Virus record (IMG/VR): IMGVR_UViG_3300045988_098930
From: a virus
Length of the DNA: 64,000 bases
Strand: one strand, 5' to 3'
The notes beneath the pieces are model-generated. The model did no database searches, was not told the DNA's origin, and saw only the letters and a list, made by a program, of their open reading frames with translations. This document shows positions 9,101 to 19,170 of the stretch, one piece after another; the first letter of the stretch is position 1, and the number at the start of each line of letters is the position of its first letter. The translations under genes and the position numbers were made by a program.

Positions 9101-12100
9101 CGGATTGATCAGTACATACGCCGCATCGAACTTGCTCAACAGAAAACGCAAGAAGCGATTGGCATCTGGCAGGGCGCAAATGATAAATTAGAAGAACAAC
9201 GCACTAAGTTGGGCGACACTTCTGACCGTTTGGAAGAACTCAACAAGCTCAAAGCAGGCGGCAATTGGACTGAGCAGCTTGAAGCAGAGAAGCGAGAGCT
9301 GGAACTGCAAAATGGACAGATACGTGACCAGATAGAGCTTTTAAAGATTAAGGCTGAATTAGATAGGCAAGCCGCCGTACAAGCGCTCAAGGATGAAATT
9401 GCGACCACACAGGGCGCGACTCAATATGCTTTTGCTTGGAAAGTTGCGTCCTCTGCCGATGCTAAGGGGTATGCGGTGTCTGGACTGGCGGCAGATTCAG
9501 GCCAGAGGCAGTATGTAACTGCCGATCAGAACGAGGCGCTTGCAATCGCTTTGGCTCGTTTGCACGAGATAGAGGCCAGCAAAAAAGAGTCGGGTAAACT
9601 GACCAAACAAGAACAAGCAGACCTTGAATCCATACGCACAACACTGACTGATGTTGGCCTTCAGTCAAATACGTGGGCTACACAACTTACGACTTTGGGT
9701 GAGGTTGATTTGGCTCGGCCTTACTTGGATGTTGTGTCTGCGGCAAGCGACGCAGTAGAATTAGCCAATCGTATTCAGGCTGATACCACCGTTTTATCTG
9801 ATACGCTCAAACAGGCTTTGGATAGTAATGCCAATTTGGCGGCATTAGCTGGTGGGTTGACTAAGACGCAGTTATTGGCCCGTCAAAATTCTGGTGCATA
9901 TCAAGCGCTGGCTACTATTGCGGCCCAATACGGTAAGACCGTTGAAGACATTACTCCAATCTTAGAAGACTTGGGGTATTTGCAAAAAGAAGTTGCTGGG
10001 TCAACCGAAGACCTGAAAAACGAACAAGGCCAACTGAATGATATATGGGCAGCGGCGCGTAGTGCTGGTGACGATGCCAGCGACACTGTTAAAAACCTCA
10101 AGGTCGCGATAGGCACGGTGCAGGATTGGCGCAGCACCAAGAACGAAGTGGCGGCAGCTATTGCTACCATCAATCAGCTCACCGGCCTTAATTTAGATGT
10201 TGATGCTGACGGACTTTTAGATACGCTTGACTTTATATCCGCTTATTTGTCTGGTGATATAGAGAAGTTCGAGAAGTATGGTATAGCGGCTATTAAGGCG
10301 TTGGGTGTTAAGCCTGATGCATCTGGTTTGCAAGCCGCATTGCAGGCACTAATCACACAATTTGGGTTGCTTAGTGGTGCGGCGCAGGCAACAGCGGCTA
10401 CAATATTGAGCGCATTTGAAAGCATCGGTGCAATCAAATGGGGTGGATTAACAGATTCGCAACAAGCGATTATGGACGACCCCAACGCTGACCCACGGGC
10501 CAAGGCTTATATCGCCGCACAGCGTAAACGTGTAGTCAATGATGATTGGTTCAAGAGCACTGCTGCCACCAGTAAGCGTTATGGTTCCTCTAAATCTGGT
10601 TCATCTAAGAAAACTACTGACTCTAAACTTGAAGCGTATAAGGCGTATATTAACGAGCTTGATCATCTGCTTGCTATGGAGCAAATCACCGAACAAGAAT
10701 ATTATAAGCGCAGTTTGGATGCTTTTAATAAATATCTCGGTGATAAAAAGAAATACCAAGACCAGTGGTGGGCGCTTCAGGAAAAGTATTATAAGTGGTG
10801 GAAAAAGCAGGCAGAAGATGCCGCCAGAGACCGCTATGAGGCCGATAAGAAAGCTGCTGAGGACGCTTATAAGGCCGAAAAGGAACGTATTGATAAGCTA
10901 AAAGACGCCAATGACGATTTGTTGTCCGCTTATCAGGATCGCGTCAACTTCCAGAAAAAACAGCTTAATCGTGCTGGTGATGAACGGTCTTATGACCAAG
11001 AAGTGGCGGCGGCAAATAAGCGCATTGCCGACCTGAAAGCACAAATTGAAGTGCTGTCTTTGGACGATTCAGCCAACGCCAAGGCAAAGCGGCTTGAATT
11101 GCAAGAACAGCTCGACGACGAGTTGCTTGATTTGGACAACAAAATGTATGACCGTTCGGCAGATGTGCAAAGCGATGCGCTGGATGATAGTCTGGATGAA
11201 TACTCCCGCTATATTGGGGCGCAGAATAAGTTGCTGGACGAGCAGTTACGTCGACTGGAAAAACAGCATAATGCTATACTGGACAATCTGCAAAGCACCT
11301 TAGATTCAGCGCTGAATAACATCTCTACCATGTTCCAGCAGATGATGGCTGAGACCGAAAACATGGTGAATCAAATCAACGCCATGCTTGCCAGCATTGA
11401 TGTATCTTCTCATGCGGGCATATCGCAGATGCAACAGGCGTTGGTGGACACTGGATACAATATCGGCTCTTACGGCGTACAGAAGAACGGTGTAGATGGC
11501 GTTATCGGCAAAATGACCGTTAAGGGCCTTCAGCAGTTCTTGAATGATAGCATGGGCGCTGGGCTGAAGGTAGATGGCAAGGTGGGCTCTAAGACTTACG
11601 CTGCCATTCAAAATGCCGTCAATGCAGGCTTGTTGAACGAGTCTTACCTAAAGGCATTTCCGCGCAAATACCATACTGGTGGCGTAGTTGGTCAAGACTT
11701 TAACTCTGAGACCGCTTTTAAGGAGCTGGTCAAAAAGAAGCCTGATGAGGTTGATGCACGTCTACGCAAGGGCGAAGTGGTGCTTACCGAGGATCAGGCA
11801 ATTAAGGCTGCGAAGCGGTTGGCGTTCTCATCTTCTGATGCCGAGCGTTTGTTCACTATAATGAGTCAAGGCATAGGTGGGTTGTTTGGTGGCGACGGCG
11901 CTTTGAAGCAGGCAACGAAGCTGGCGCAAACCGTAGCGAATAATACTACTCATGCACCCAGCGTTAGCGTTATCAATAACTTCAACGGCACAACTGATGC
12001 TGACACTGTGCGGGCCATCGAGCGTTGGTCTGAGACGTTTAAAAAGCAGATTAAAGAGGAAATTTTTAGGGTTCCTATCAATAGCCTTGCACGGACGGGG

Positions 12101-12109
12101 CGGTTGTAA
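6188..12109 (+). CDS. tail tape measure protein
   Basis: 1973 aa. Long Ala/Gln/Lys-rich coiled-coil stretches and hydrophobic segments mid-protein. Peptidoglycan-binding-like repeat GVDGVIGKMT...GLKVDGKVGSKTY near nt 11450-11620. Followed by Dit/Tal-like genes. Confidence 0.85.
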   Translation: MSNYDFQVFTQLVPSGATISELRKQVQDYFDKNAIKVKFSNFDLSGAASGTTTKQINATANALQAIKLSLQEINTARNKIVKAGTENTSNQIQAYNKQIKDSVVSLKELINTYAKLNGGKSVEFRDLTPLLNPTDIQAATDALRSLLQGAGMNGAAVETVLTSFKKGCWDVSEAAAKAADAVQKMHSEMAAKASAATAKTGQSVYAKYNDISAPDIANYTVDTTKLVQSYQAVKQQITDIQTVQSSGAKVSQAQWQLLIDAAQQYEIALKNVKVEQKDATATQKKADKELADLDKLQNKLIQLQATFGEGYFNNQKTIIQRLGLSSADVTDATDALATLRATYAQLEVAISSNNAADKQAAITNLQTAYQGFGASLRNLQTAARELNSSLNAGIQFQRLKSQAQAYFDQYATGIQRNSQLTKEWRELIQKIGNADQWQNSNQAAAALDDLKRRSQAAGVEVTSLNKKLRDMFGDTLYGFAVAQITSVAANAIHQVVTNVVELDKAMTDLQIASGLNRTQVRGLLEDYGQLAQAIGATTLEVAEAADGWLRQGYSMQETSELIKSSMMLSKLGQMNSDDATKALTSSLKGYQLQASSATDVVSKLVAVDMEAAASAGGLATAMSQTATLADQTGISMDRLIGIVATLMDVSQQSGESVGAAVKSMLARLGNIKAGRLIDPETGESLSDVETVLNNIGVKLRTNATDWRDYQDVLDDVAAKWGSLNETQQRAVAVALGQTRRQEQFNILMANYDKVRQFTETAANATGTAERKYLNYMDSVEAKINTLKASWESLSQTVLSSDLIVGGVQFLSQLIQGLDKVVSKLGAVPSVLAAISLVVSKRGKGLFGQEGLFTASLNKNGLSGNFLAQHVQRNFLTNKDISLLHQYNEALSQSIADGNTLADAHTKLTAELTKGSAAFQQYAVQLDGTGDSVEKVTAKGLKLSDVLLNVGNMALNMALGAAISMAIGLIIKRIDQYIRRIELAQQKTQEAIGIWQGANDKLEEQRTKLGDTSDRLEELNKLKAGGNWTEQLEAEKRELELQNGQIRDQIELLKIKAELDRQAAVQALKDEIATTQGATQYAFAWKVASSADAKGYAVSGLAADSGQRQYVTADQNEALAIALARLHEIEASKKESGKLTKQEQADLESIRTTLTDVGLQSNTWATQLTTLGEVDLARPYLDVVSAASDAVELANRIQADTTVLSDTLKQALDSNANLAALAGGLTKTQLLARQNSGAYQALATIAAQYGKTVEDITPILEDLGYLQKEVAGSTEDLKNEQGQLNDIWAAARSAGDDASDTVKNLKVAIGTVQDWRSTKNEVAAAIATINQLTGLNLDVDADGLLDTLDFISAYLSGDIEKFEKYGIAAIKALGVKPDASGLQAALQALITQFGLLSGAAQATAATILSAFESIGAIKWGGLTDSQQAIMDDPNADPRAKAYIAAQRKRVVNDDWFKSTAATSKRYGSSKSGSSKKTTDSKLEAYKAYINELDHLLAMEQITEQEYYKRSLDAFNKYLGDKKKYQDQWWALQEKYYKWWKKQAEDAARDRYEADKKAAEDAYKAEKERIDKLKDANDDLLSAYQDRVNFQKKQLNRAGDERSYDQEVAAANKRIADLKAQIEVLSLDDSANAKAKRLELQEQLDDELLDLDNKMYDRSADVQSDALDDSLDEYSRYIGAQNKLLDEQLRRLEKQHNAILDNLQSTLDSALNNISTMFQQMMAETENMVNQINAMLASIDVSSHAGISQMQQALVDTGYNIGSYGVQKNGVDGVIGKMTVKGLQQFLNDSMGAGLKVDGKVGSKTYAAIQNAVNAGLLNESYLKAFPRKYHTGGVVGQDFNSETAFKELVKKKPDEVDARLRKGEVVLTEDQAIKAAKRLAFSSSDAERLFTIMSQGIGGLFGGDGALKQATKLAQTVANNTTHAPSVSVINNFNGTTDADTVRAIERWSETFKKQIKEEIFRVPINSLARTGRL

Positions 12110-12280
12110 ACGAAAACCCATTAACGAACAAATAAGCAAGTGTGACAATCAAAGCGTGAGGAGCCAGTCTGTGAAGTTGCCGCGACGAACGAACTTCTCA
12201 CGCTCATTTCGTTCTACTCCATTTGCAACAATAAGTAACATACGCACAACATATTTATTTTGGACTGGTGGTGATTCTAT

Positions 12281-13063
12281 TTGGCCTATGAAGGGCTGCA
12301 ATTTATATATGACGGTATCCCCTCTCAGCGTTACGGTCTCATGTTTGCGTTCTTTGATTCTGCCGACTATAAGCACGCCGGAGGTTCAGAGAATAGTCTT
12401 ACCATAGATAAGGCGACACGCTCTCAGCGCCACACTCTATTGTCTGTCTCTCCTGATGATCCGTTGGAGTATGATATTGAAGTAGTGGCACTCAAGCCGT
12501 TGCAACCTTATGAGGTAAACGCCGTACACGCATGGCTGTGTGGGCAATTAGGCTTTAAAAAGTTGGTGATTCAAGCTCCTGAATATGCTGGTATGCACTT
12601 CAATTGTGTATTTAATGAGCCTGATGACTATTACATTAAAGCCGGTACAAACGGATTTAACTTGACAATGACCTGCGATGCCGGTGGCGCATGGAGCGAT
12701 GCTAAGACAGTAACCTTCACGCCTACTGACGGCGGTACTATAACAGTCAACAATCGTTCTGCCAGCTATGATTATCTCTACCCTACTGTTGAATTCACAC
12801 TTGACGGCGGCACGGAGTTTTCTATTATCAACACGACCGATAGTGTGACCCGTGAGTTTAAGTTTACGGAATTGGCTGACGGTGAAACAATAACGGTTAA
12901 TGGGCGTACTGGCGAGGTTATGTCCTCATTAAGCACAATTCGCATCAACAATTTTAACGCGCATTTTTTGCGGTTGGTACACGGTTTAAACACGTTAAAA
13001 TGCACCGGCAAGGTCTCTAACTTAAAACTGACATACGAAAATTTTATACGGATAGGAGGGTAA
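12281..13063 (+). CDS. distal tail protein (Dit)-like
   Basis: TTG start (frame closed by TGA at 12272) after GGTGGTGA. N-terminus FIYDGIPSQRYGLMF resembles siphovirus tail-component N-termini. Sits after the TMP. Confidence 0.55.
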   Translation: MAYEGLQFIYDGIPSQRYGLMFAFFDSADYKHAGGSENSLTIDKATRSQRHTLLSVSPDDPLEYDIEVVALKPLQPYEVNAVHAWLCGQLGFKKLVIQAPEYAGMHFNCVFNEPDDYYIKAGTNGFNLTMTCDAGGAWSDAKTVTFTPTDGGTITVNNRSASYDYLYPTVEFTLDGGTEFSIINTTDSVTREFKFTELADGETITVNGRTGEVMSSLSTIRINNFNAHFLRLVHGLNTLKCTGKVSNLKLTYENFIRIGG

Positions 13064-13067
13064 AAGT

Positions 13068-16001
13068 ATGCTGTTTAGCTTTGATAAGTTTGACCGCTAT
13101 GAGATACCCGTCCTGACCGTGGCGCACCCCGATTTCACTAAAGTGGGGATTATCAAAGACCCTATCGGGTTAAAACTTGACCTGAATTTGGTATCTACCT
13201 CTAAAGCGTCGTTTGAAGCGTATTCAGTAGATGATACTGGCAATGCCACCTTTTATTATGGTGCGTTGACCAAGTATAATCTCGTGCATATTAGCGGCTT
13301 CGGTTGGTTCGTAATCACCAATGTTGATGAAAGTAATGATGGTATTCATAAGAGCAAGTCGGTGGACTGTGAATCTTACGAGTATACGTTAGGGCGCAAA
13401 GCGGCGAACCTAAGTGCAGGCACATATCGTCTGTATGATCCTGCCAACGCCGCCAGCACTGAGACTTTGCTTGGACATTTTCTGGCGAATTGCCCTCGTT
13501 GGACGATAGGCTATGTGAGCAGTGCGCTGTATAGCCGGTATCGGACCTTTGATATGCCTGATGCGTCTATGTACGGCTTTCTAATGGAAGAAGCGATGGA
13601 CGCTTATGAGTGTGTATTTGTCTTTGACACGGAGAATTTGCAGATCAAGGTCTATGCGCCTGATGATTTGATTAAGGATTCGGGGATTGTATTCCGATAC
13701 ACCTCACTTTTAAAGCATATCTCAATATCTGATTCCGCAGACGATGTGGTAACGGAACTGCAAGTGTATGGCGCAGACGATTTTAGTATTGCTACTGTTA
13801 ATCCGCTTGGCACTGCCAGTATTTACAAGTATGACTATTTTAAAGATGTCATGCCTGCGGCTATGTGGGTCAAGGTTAAGCAATGGCAGGATGATGTTGC
13901 GGCGGCTATGGGGCGTACTTCCGCTTATGGCAATATACTGACCGCTATAAAAAATGAGAATCTAAAGATACTCGGTTATGAAGCGAATAAGTCTGAAGTG
14001 GAACGGTATCGAGCGGCTGGTGAACAGGTCCGCACTGTTAATACGCCGTATACGATGCAGGCCGTTTCGCAGACTGCTGTGGATAATATACGGGCATGGA
14101 TAGATAGCAAAAGCAGCACTGACCTGTTGACAATGGTAACTGCCGCCGATGCTTACCCTCCTATTCCTACGTTTGTGCCTGCCGGTGGCGAGGGTGTTGT
14201 ACCAAGCGAGATACAAGCGTATGCTGATACGATAACAGAAGCAGACCGTAATGTGGCACAGGCAACGGTGAATATTTATGCCTGCGAAAAGTGTATCCAG
14301 TATTGTGATAGTCTCATTGAACAGAGCAAGGCGCAAATTGCCGTCCATCAAGAGCAACGTCAGGCTGCATCTGCGGGGTTGGCTTTATCTAACTACCTGA
14401 CTGCCGCTGAAATAACTGCTTTAGGTGATTACACTTTGGCTGACGTGTATGAGAACACATACATTGTGCCGTTGGACAACGCGACCTATGAGGACACACA
14501 AAATCTGGCCTTTGAACTGCTGGACGGTGCATTAGAGGTGTTGGACCGTGTATCTCAGCCTGCCTTTGAGTTTAGTGTGGATAGCGTCAACTTGATGTTT
14601 GATAAAGAGCATGAAGCATACATCAATAACATTGAACAAAAGGGTTTAGGTTGTCAAGTCCATATTGAGTTTGAGGACGGCAACTGGTACAATCCGGTGT
14701 TGATGGGTATTGGTGTTGAGTATGACCACCCTGATAAATGTTCACTGGTATTTGGTAGCAATTATCACGCTCGAATGAGCGAGGATTTGTATGCTGAGTG
14801 CTTCCAGAACGCTGCTAAAACGTCCTCTACGGTCAGCAGTGCATTGCATAGCTGGCTCAATCCTATGCAGTCGCAGAGTCTCAGTCCTATGCGTGAATTT
14901 ATCGAAGGTACATTGAGTGCGACGGCGAATAAGATTATCAATGCCAGTAATCAGTCTACGGTTATAGACCAGTTTGGTATCTGGGGCCGTAAGGCCACAG
15001 AAGACGGATACAGCCCTAAACAGCTTAAAATTATCAATAACGGTATGTTTATGACTGATGATAATTGGGATACGTGTAAGCTGGCTATTGGCGAGATAGA
15101 GATACCGGGGACGGCTGATACGGCGTATGGGGTGGCGTCCGAATTGCTGGTGGGTAATCTGATATTGGGCGAAGCCATGAAGATTATCAATGCCAATAAT
15201 ACGTTCACCATAGACGAAAACGGTATGAATCTAACTACTTCAGACGGATTAAAGAAGATATATATGGACCCGTCTGATGGGTTTAAGATTCAAGGTAGAG
15301 CTAATACTTCTGCGGAATTTGCGGATAAACTATATCTGGATTCGGAAGGTAATGCTATATTAAAGGACATTACGGCTATTGGTGGTACATTTACAGGAAG
15401 CGTATTGGCTGGTGCTGGTGTAATGGGCGGGTTCTACTCTCAAGACAGTATACATAAAATTCTCGGCAATTTGACCATCGAAGGAGATTTGACCATTAAG
15501 GGCAAATACCCCGCCTCCCCTGTTACTCCTGCGGGAGCTGGCATTCAATCTGGTAGTAATGGATATATAGTAACCGCCCCTCAAGCGAACCAATTTGGTA
15601 CGATGTCTGTTGAAACATTGCGTGTAACTGATGGATCGGGCAATTATTGGAATTTGCTACAAAATGGATCGTGGTCTACTGGCACTGGTGGCGGTGGCAC
15701 AGGTGGATCGGGCAGTGGAGTTACATATAACATTATTCGCTATACGAATCCTAATGCAACCATTTATTTTCATCCTCAAGCTTCACCTACGCCCAGAAAT
15801 GGCGTTATGCAGGTGTATCAATGGTATGTTTATATTGAGATAACAACCAATTCACATGGATCGTGGTATTTGCTTTCGCAAACGTGTACTTATAATAATG
15901 GTCGCGTAACTCCTAATGCCTCTCTATCTAATTTTGGGTGGGTCAACTTAGACCCTACTTTGTCTACCGTAGAAGTGCGAACCAACCAACCGGGAGCGTA
16001 A
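13068..16001 (+). CDS. tail-associated (Tal-like) large structural protein
   Basis: 977 aa, immediately after the Dit-like gene. Gly-rich linker GTGGGGTGGSGSG near the C-terminus. Confidence 0.55.
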   Translation: MLFSFDKFDRYEIPVLTVAHPDFTKVGIIKDPIGLKLDLNLVSTSKASFEAYSVDDTGNATFYYGALTKYNLVHISGFGWFVITNVDESNDGIHKSKSVDCESYEYTLGRKAANLSAGTYRLYDPANAASTETLLGHFLANCPRWTIGYVSSALYSRYRTFDMPDASMYGFLMEEAMDAYECVFVFDTENLQIKVYAPDDLIKDSGIVFRYTSLLKHISISDSADDVVTELQVYGADDFSIATVNPLGTASIYKYDYFKDVMPAAMWVKVKQWQDDVAAAMGRTSAYGNILTAIKNENLKILGYEANKSEVERYRAAGEQVRTVNTPYTMQAVSQTAVDNIRAWIDSKSSTDLLTMVTAADAYPPIPTFVPAGGEGVVPSEIQAYADTITEADRNVAQATVNIYACEKCIQYCDSLIEQSKAQIAVHQEQRQAASAGLALSNYLTAAEITALGDYTLADVYENTYIVPLDNATYEDTQNLAFELLDGALEVLDRVSQPAFEFSVDSVNLMFDKEHEAYINNIEQKGLGCQVHIEFEDGNWYNPVLMGIGVEYDHPDKCSLVFGSNYHARMSEDLYAECFQNAAKTSSTVSSALHSWLNPMQSQSLSPMREFIEGTLSATANKIINASNQSTVIDQFGIWGRKATEDGYSPKQLKIINNGMFMTDDNWDTCKLAIGEIEIPGTADTAYGVASELLVGNLILGEAMKIINANNTFTIDENGMNLTTSDGLKKIYMDPSDGFKIQGRANTSAEFADKLYLDSEGNAILKDITAIGGTFTGSVLAGAGVMGGFYSQDSIHKILGNLTIEGDLTIKGKYPASPVTPAGAGIQSGSNGYIVTAPQANQFGTMSVETLRVTDGSGNYWNLLQNGSWSTGTGGGGTGGSGSGVTYNIIRYTNPNATIYFHPQASPTPRNGVMQVYQWYVYIEITTNSHGSWYLLSQTCTYNNGRVTPNASLSNFGWVNLDPTLSTVEVRTNQPGA

Positions 16002-16047
16002 TCTGTGGGTAGATACACAAACACAACAAATACAAAAGGGCTAATAT

Positions 16048-16755
16048 ATGGCAATTTATAATGGTACGATGTCAGTCGATGGCAACGGACCGTACAGCAA
16101 TACGGCTGGCGGTTATCAAATTGGAGGCGCTGATATAGGCTCCGCTTGGTGTACAATCACGCTTCCTGATACTTATTCGGCGTATAATGTATGTTCGCTC
16201 ACTTGCGCATTGTATTCGAGAACTGCGCCTTCAAACTGGTTATCGACATGGACGTGCGACATTAAGATTACTATAAAAGGCCAAACTGGCACTTGGAAAA
16301 ATGTCACTAAAGATGGTTTTGATAATGGCGGTGGGTCTACAAGTCGGCGTTTTGAAATTGACCTCGATCAAATTGGGTTAGGAACGCTATCTCTCGTTCC
16401 CGGTGATTATATCAAATTAGAGTTTGTGGGTCACGCAGGCACATTTGTTGACGATAATGGTCGATGTGTGTACTTACGGTCTGCAACTCTTATTTCTAAT
16501 GATGCGATTGAAGCCAACAATTATTTAAAAGTCGCCAGCTCTGGGCGCATATTATACGTTGCAGATAGCTATCAGCCGGTATCGGTTACGTCCAGCACCA
16601 GTGGCACATATTTTATGAAGTTCGCTGATTATAAGAAGTATTTTGGGTTTGCATGGGGCGCTGGGGAATATGTTCAAGTCACATTGCCTGAATATTATGT
16701 CGCAGGCGTTACATACTACAAGCCCTCTTTAGCACCTTTATTAAAAGCGGATTAA
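16048..16755 (+). CDS. hypothetical tail/baseplate protein
   Basis: 235-aa ORF in the co-oriented late array. Confidence 0.5.
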   Translation: MAIYNGTMSVDGNGPYSNTAGGYQIGGADIGSAWCTITLPDTYSAYNVCSLTCALYSRTAPSNWLSTWTCDIKITIKGQTGTWKNVTKDGFDNGGGSTSRRFEIDLDQIGLGTLSLVPGDYIKLEFVGHAGTFVDDNGRCVYLRSATLISNDAIEANNYLKVASSGRILYVADSYQPVSVTSSTSGTYFMKFADYKKYFGFAWGAGEYVQVTLPEYYVAGVTYYKPSLAPLLKAD

Positions 16756-16773
16756 ATGAATGAAAGGATAACT

Positions 16774-16920
16774 ATGACAACTAAATTAGAAAATGCTTAT
16801 CGGGCATTAGAGCAGCTTCAAATCCAAGGTGTAGATAACGCTGTGCTGTTGGGGTTTATAGGAAAAATGCTGCGAGAAGTGCTTGAAGAAATGCATGTTA
16901 CACCTCCAAAGGAGGACTAA
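16774..16920 (+). CDS. small hypothetical protein (48 aa, below ORF-track cutoff)
   Basis: ATG 16774 after GAAAGGA. MTTKLENAYRALEQLQ... helical. Fills the gap between flanking genes. Confidence 0.4.
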   Translation: MTTKLENAYRALEQLQIQGVDNAVLLGFIGKMLREVLEEMHVTPPKED

Positions 16921-16923
16921 TGT

Positions 16924-17292
16924 ATGACCAACCTATATACTGTCGCAGAAGAAATGCGAATTATAGCGGGAGACACTAAGGTGCTCCCGTTTAGTGTCGG
17001 CAGACAGGACGGCAATCATGTCGATCTGAGCTTGTCCGGCACGACCATTAAATTCTTTTTGTACCTTTATGACCAACCTGAAGTCAATGTGTTGACTTTG
17101 AGTTCCGGCAACGGTATCTCAGTCAGTACCAGCGATACTTCATGGTTTGATGTCAAACTAACTTCGGAGCAAACAAAGGGTCTCGTGGGGCCATATCAGT
17201 ATCAGATAGAGATAACCACTCCGCTGAATGATATATACCGCCCTGTGACCGGCACTTTGGTGTTTGTGCAGATAAACGAGGGGAATTTATGA
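16924..17292 (+). CDS. hypothetical structural protein
   Basis: 122-aa ORF. Start overlaps the previous stop region. Confidence 0.5.
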   Translation: MTNLYTVAEEMRIIAGDTKVLPFSVGRQDGNHVDLSLSGTTIKFFLYLYDQPEVNVLTLSSGNGISVSTSDTSWFDVKLTSEQTKGLVGPYQYQIEITTPLNDIYRPVTGTLVFVQINEGNL

Positions 17293-17708
17293 TAACTAAA
17301 GAACACGCAACTGAAACCTTACAGATGGAGTTCGGCAAGGGTTCGTATGCCATTCCTGATGTGCATTATTTAGGGTTGTCCACCTCTGCCATATCTGAAG
17401 ATACCGGCACGGGGTTTACTGAACCTGCTGATGCCAACTACTCACGCAAGGCGCTGACTAATGTGGCGGCAACATGGACTACCAACTCTGCTGGCGAAGT
17501 CGTTAATGCGGCTTCCTTGGAGTTCGCTGCTTTTGCCGCTAATGCAAACACTCCTATTACTCACTGGTTTTTATCTTCTTCCGCAACTGGCGGCAAGGCA
17601 TTGTATTATGGTGCGCTGACTACGGCGTATCCTATTATACAAGGTAGTAAAATAGTCGTAGCTGCTGGCGGTCTGCAACTGTGCCGCACTAATCAGGCAA
17701 CAGTTTAG
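17289..17708 (+). CDS. hypothetical structural protein
   Basis: 139-aa ORF with an ATGA start/stop overlap with the upstream gene. Confidence 0.5.
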   Translation: MITKEHATETLQMEFGKGSYAIPDVHYLGLSTSAISEDTGTGFTEPADANYSRKALTNVAATWTTNSAGEVVNAASLEFAAFAANANTPITHWFLSSSATGGKALYYGALTTAYPIIQGSKIVVAAGGLQLCRTNQATV

Positions 17709-17721
17709 GCGGTGATGTACC

Positions 17722-18255
17722 GTGCAGCGGATACGGATTCTTTTAGATAGCACATCGCAACGTATAGCTACAAATCTGGATGCTCTGGTTGCTCGTTCTG
17801 CTGTCACGTTAGATAAGACTGGCAACCGTATTCACATGACTATTGAGCGGTTTTTGGATGTCTCCTACTTGGTGCTACGCCATATAGACTATGCGGCAGA
17901 CCGTTTGCTGACTGAACTGTGGCTGTCTGCCAGCGGCACAATGACCGATTATGATGGTAGTCGCCTTTCGCTTAGTGCTCTGAGTGATTTGTTGTTGACA
18001 CACAAGGATTACGACGCGGCACGTTTAACAATGTTGTACACTATACAGGGTGTGTTGCGACATACGGATTATGATACTTCGCGACTGCTTATCACTCTGC
18101 CGTTGGGCGCGATCATGTCGCATATTGACTATGACGCTTCTCGTTTGCGTCAAACCAAGCTCATCAAACCTGTGCTGTTAGGTGAATATAGCGAGTTCGC
18201 CATAGGTAACACTTCTATGGCCCTCGCTGATTGGTGTTATGAGGAAATAACATAA
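17722..18255 (+). CDS. hypothetical protein with five tandem xDY(D/A)xxRL repeats
   Basis: GTG start. Repeats are RHIDYAADRL, TMTDYDGSRL, THKDYDAARL, RHTDYDTSRL, SHIDYDASRL. Confidence 0.5.
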   Translation: MQRIRILLDSTSQRIATNLDALVARSAVTLDKTGNRIHMTIERFLDVSYLVLRHIDYAADRLLTELWLSASGTMTDYDGSRLSLSALSDLLLTHKDYDAARLTMLYTIQGVLRHTDYDTSRLLITLPLGAIMSHIDYDASRLRQTKLIKPVLLGEYSEFAIGNTSMALADWCYEEIT

Positions 18256-18266
18256 GGTGGTGAAAA

Positions 18267-19160
18267 ATGAGTTCTACAACTGAATATGCTGGCTTACTGC
18301 TTGTAGACCCGTTGGGTGCGGATAGCGCCATGTCGGGCAGCTCTTGGGTGGAGTCACAGGCGGGCATAGCGTCCACCAGCAATATGCAAATTATAGATGC
18401 CTTGCTGAAACAGAAGGCTTCTTTTACTGTAAAAACAGCCGACGAATGGAGCGCAGACACCACCACTATTCTTCGTGCAAATGATTTTGGCGTGGTGTCT
18501 GACACAGGTGAAGTGCGGCGTGGCGACGGTATTCACGCATGGGGTGAATTGACTACATTTGACCCCGGTAATGCCAGTGGCAAGGTGGATAAAGTGCTGG
18601 GTGCTGTCGGTCATTTAGTGCAGTTTGCCAATGACGGTGCAATAGCTGATAGCGGCAAAAAGATAGATGATTTTGCCTCTGCAACGCATACGCATGGCAA
18701 TTTGACCAATGATGGTAAACTCGGTTCTGTGGCAGATCAAGTAGCTGTGACTGATACTGGCGGTGCTTTGATCACTAAATCGGCGGCTGAAATGCGGACT
18801 TTGCTGGATGTGCCGCAAAGCGACAGTAAGCAGGATAAGATAACGGTGCAGGGCATTGTGAAGGGTGACGGTGCAGGCGGCGTGTCTGCGGCTCAAAGTG
18901 GTGTAGATTTCGCATTGCCTGCTACGCTCTATACTGCTACATTGACTGCGGCGGGTTGGAACAATAAATCTCAAACTGTAAGTGTTGCTGGTGTGACCGC
19001 TAATAATGTGGTGTTGGTGCAGGCGCAAGCCGATTCCAGTCAGGCGTATCGCGTGGCTAAAGTGATGGCTGATGCTACGCAAGTGGCTGGGCAACTGACA
19101 TTTAGTTGCACCACTACGCCTACTGTCGATTTGACCGTTATGATTATTGTGTTGGGTTAG
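18267..19160 (+). CDS. tail fibre-like protein
   Basis: 297 aa. The C-terminal ~80 aa (TLTAAGW..QTVSVAGVT..LTFSC) are paralogous to the C-terminus of the next ORF. Confidence 0.5.
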   Translation: MSSTTEYAGLLLVDPLGADSAMSGSSWVESQAGIASTSNMQIIDALLKQKASFTVKTADEWSADTTTILRANDFGVVSDTGEVRRGDGIHAWGELTTFDPGNASGKVDKVLGAVGHLVQFANDGAIADSGKKIDDFASATHTHGNLTNDGKLGSVADQVAVTDTGGALITKSAAEMRTLLDVPQSDSKQDKITVQGIVKGDGAGGVSAAQSGVDFALPATLYTATLTAAGWNNKSQTVSVAGVTANNVVLVQAQADSSQAYRVAKVMADATQVAGQLTFSCTTTPTVDLTVMIIVLG

Positions 19161-19170
19161 GGGTGATTGT

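Noticed and set aside
6188-12109. Repetitive-looking sequence inside the tape measure gene, considered as a CRISPR array or tandem repeat.
   Set aside because: It is only compositional (Ala/Gln/Lys coiled-coil) periodicity. There are no exact direct repeats with unique spacers. No CRISPR-like array was seen anywhere in the window.
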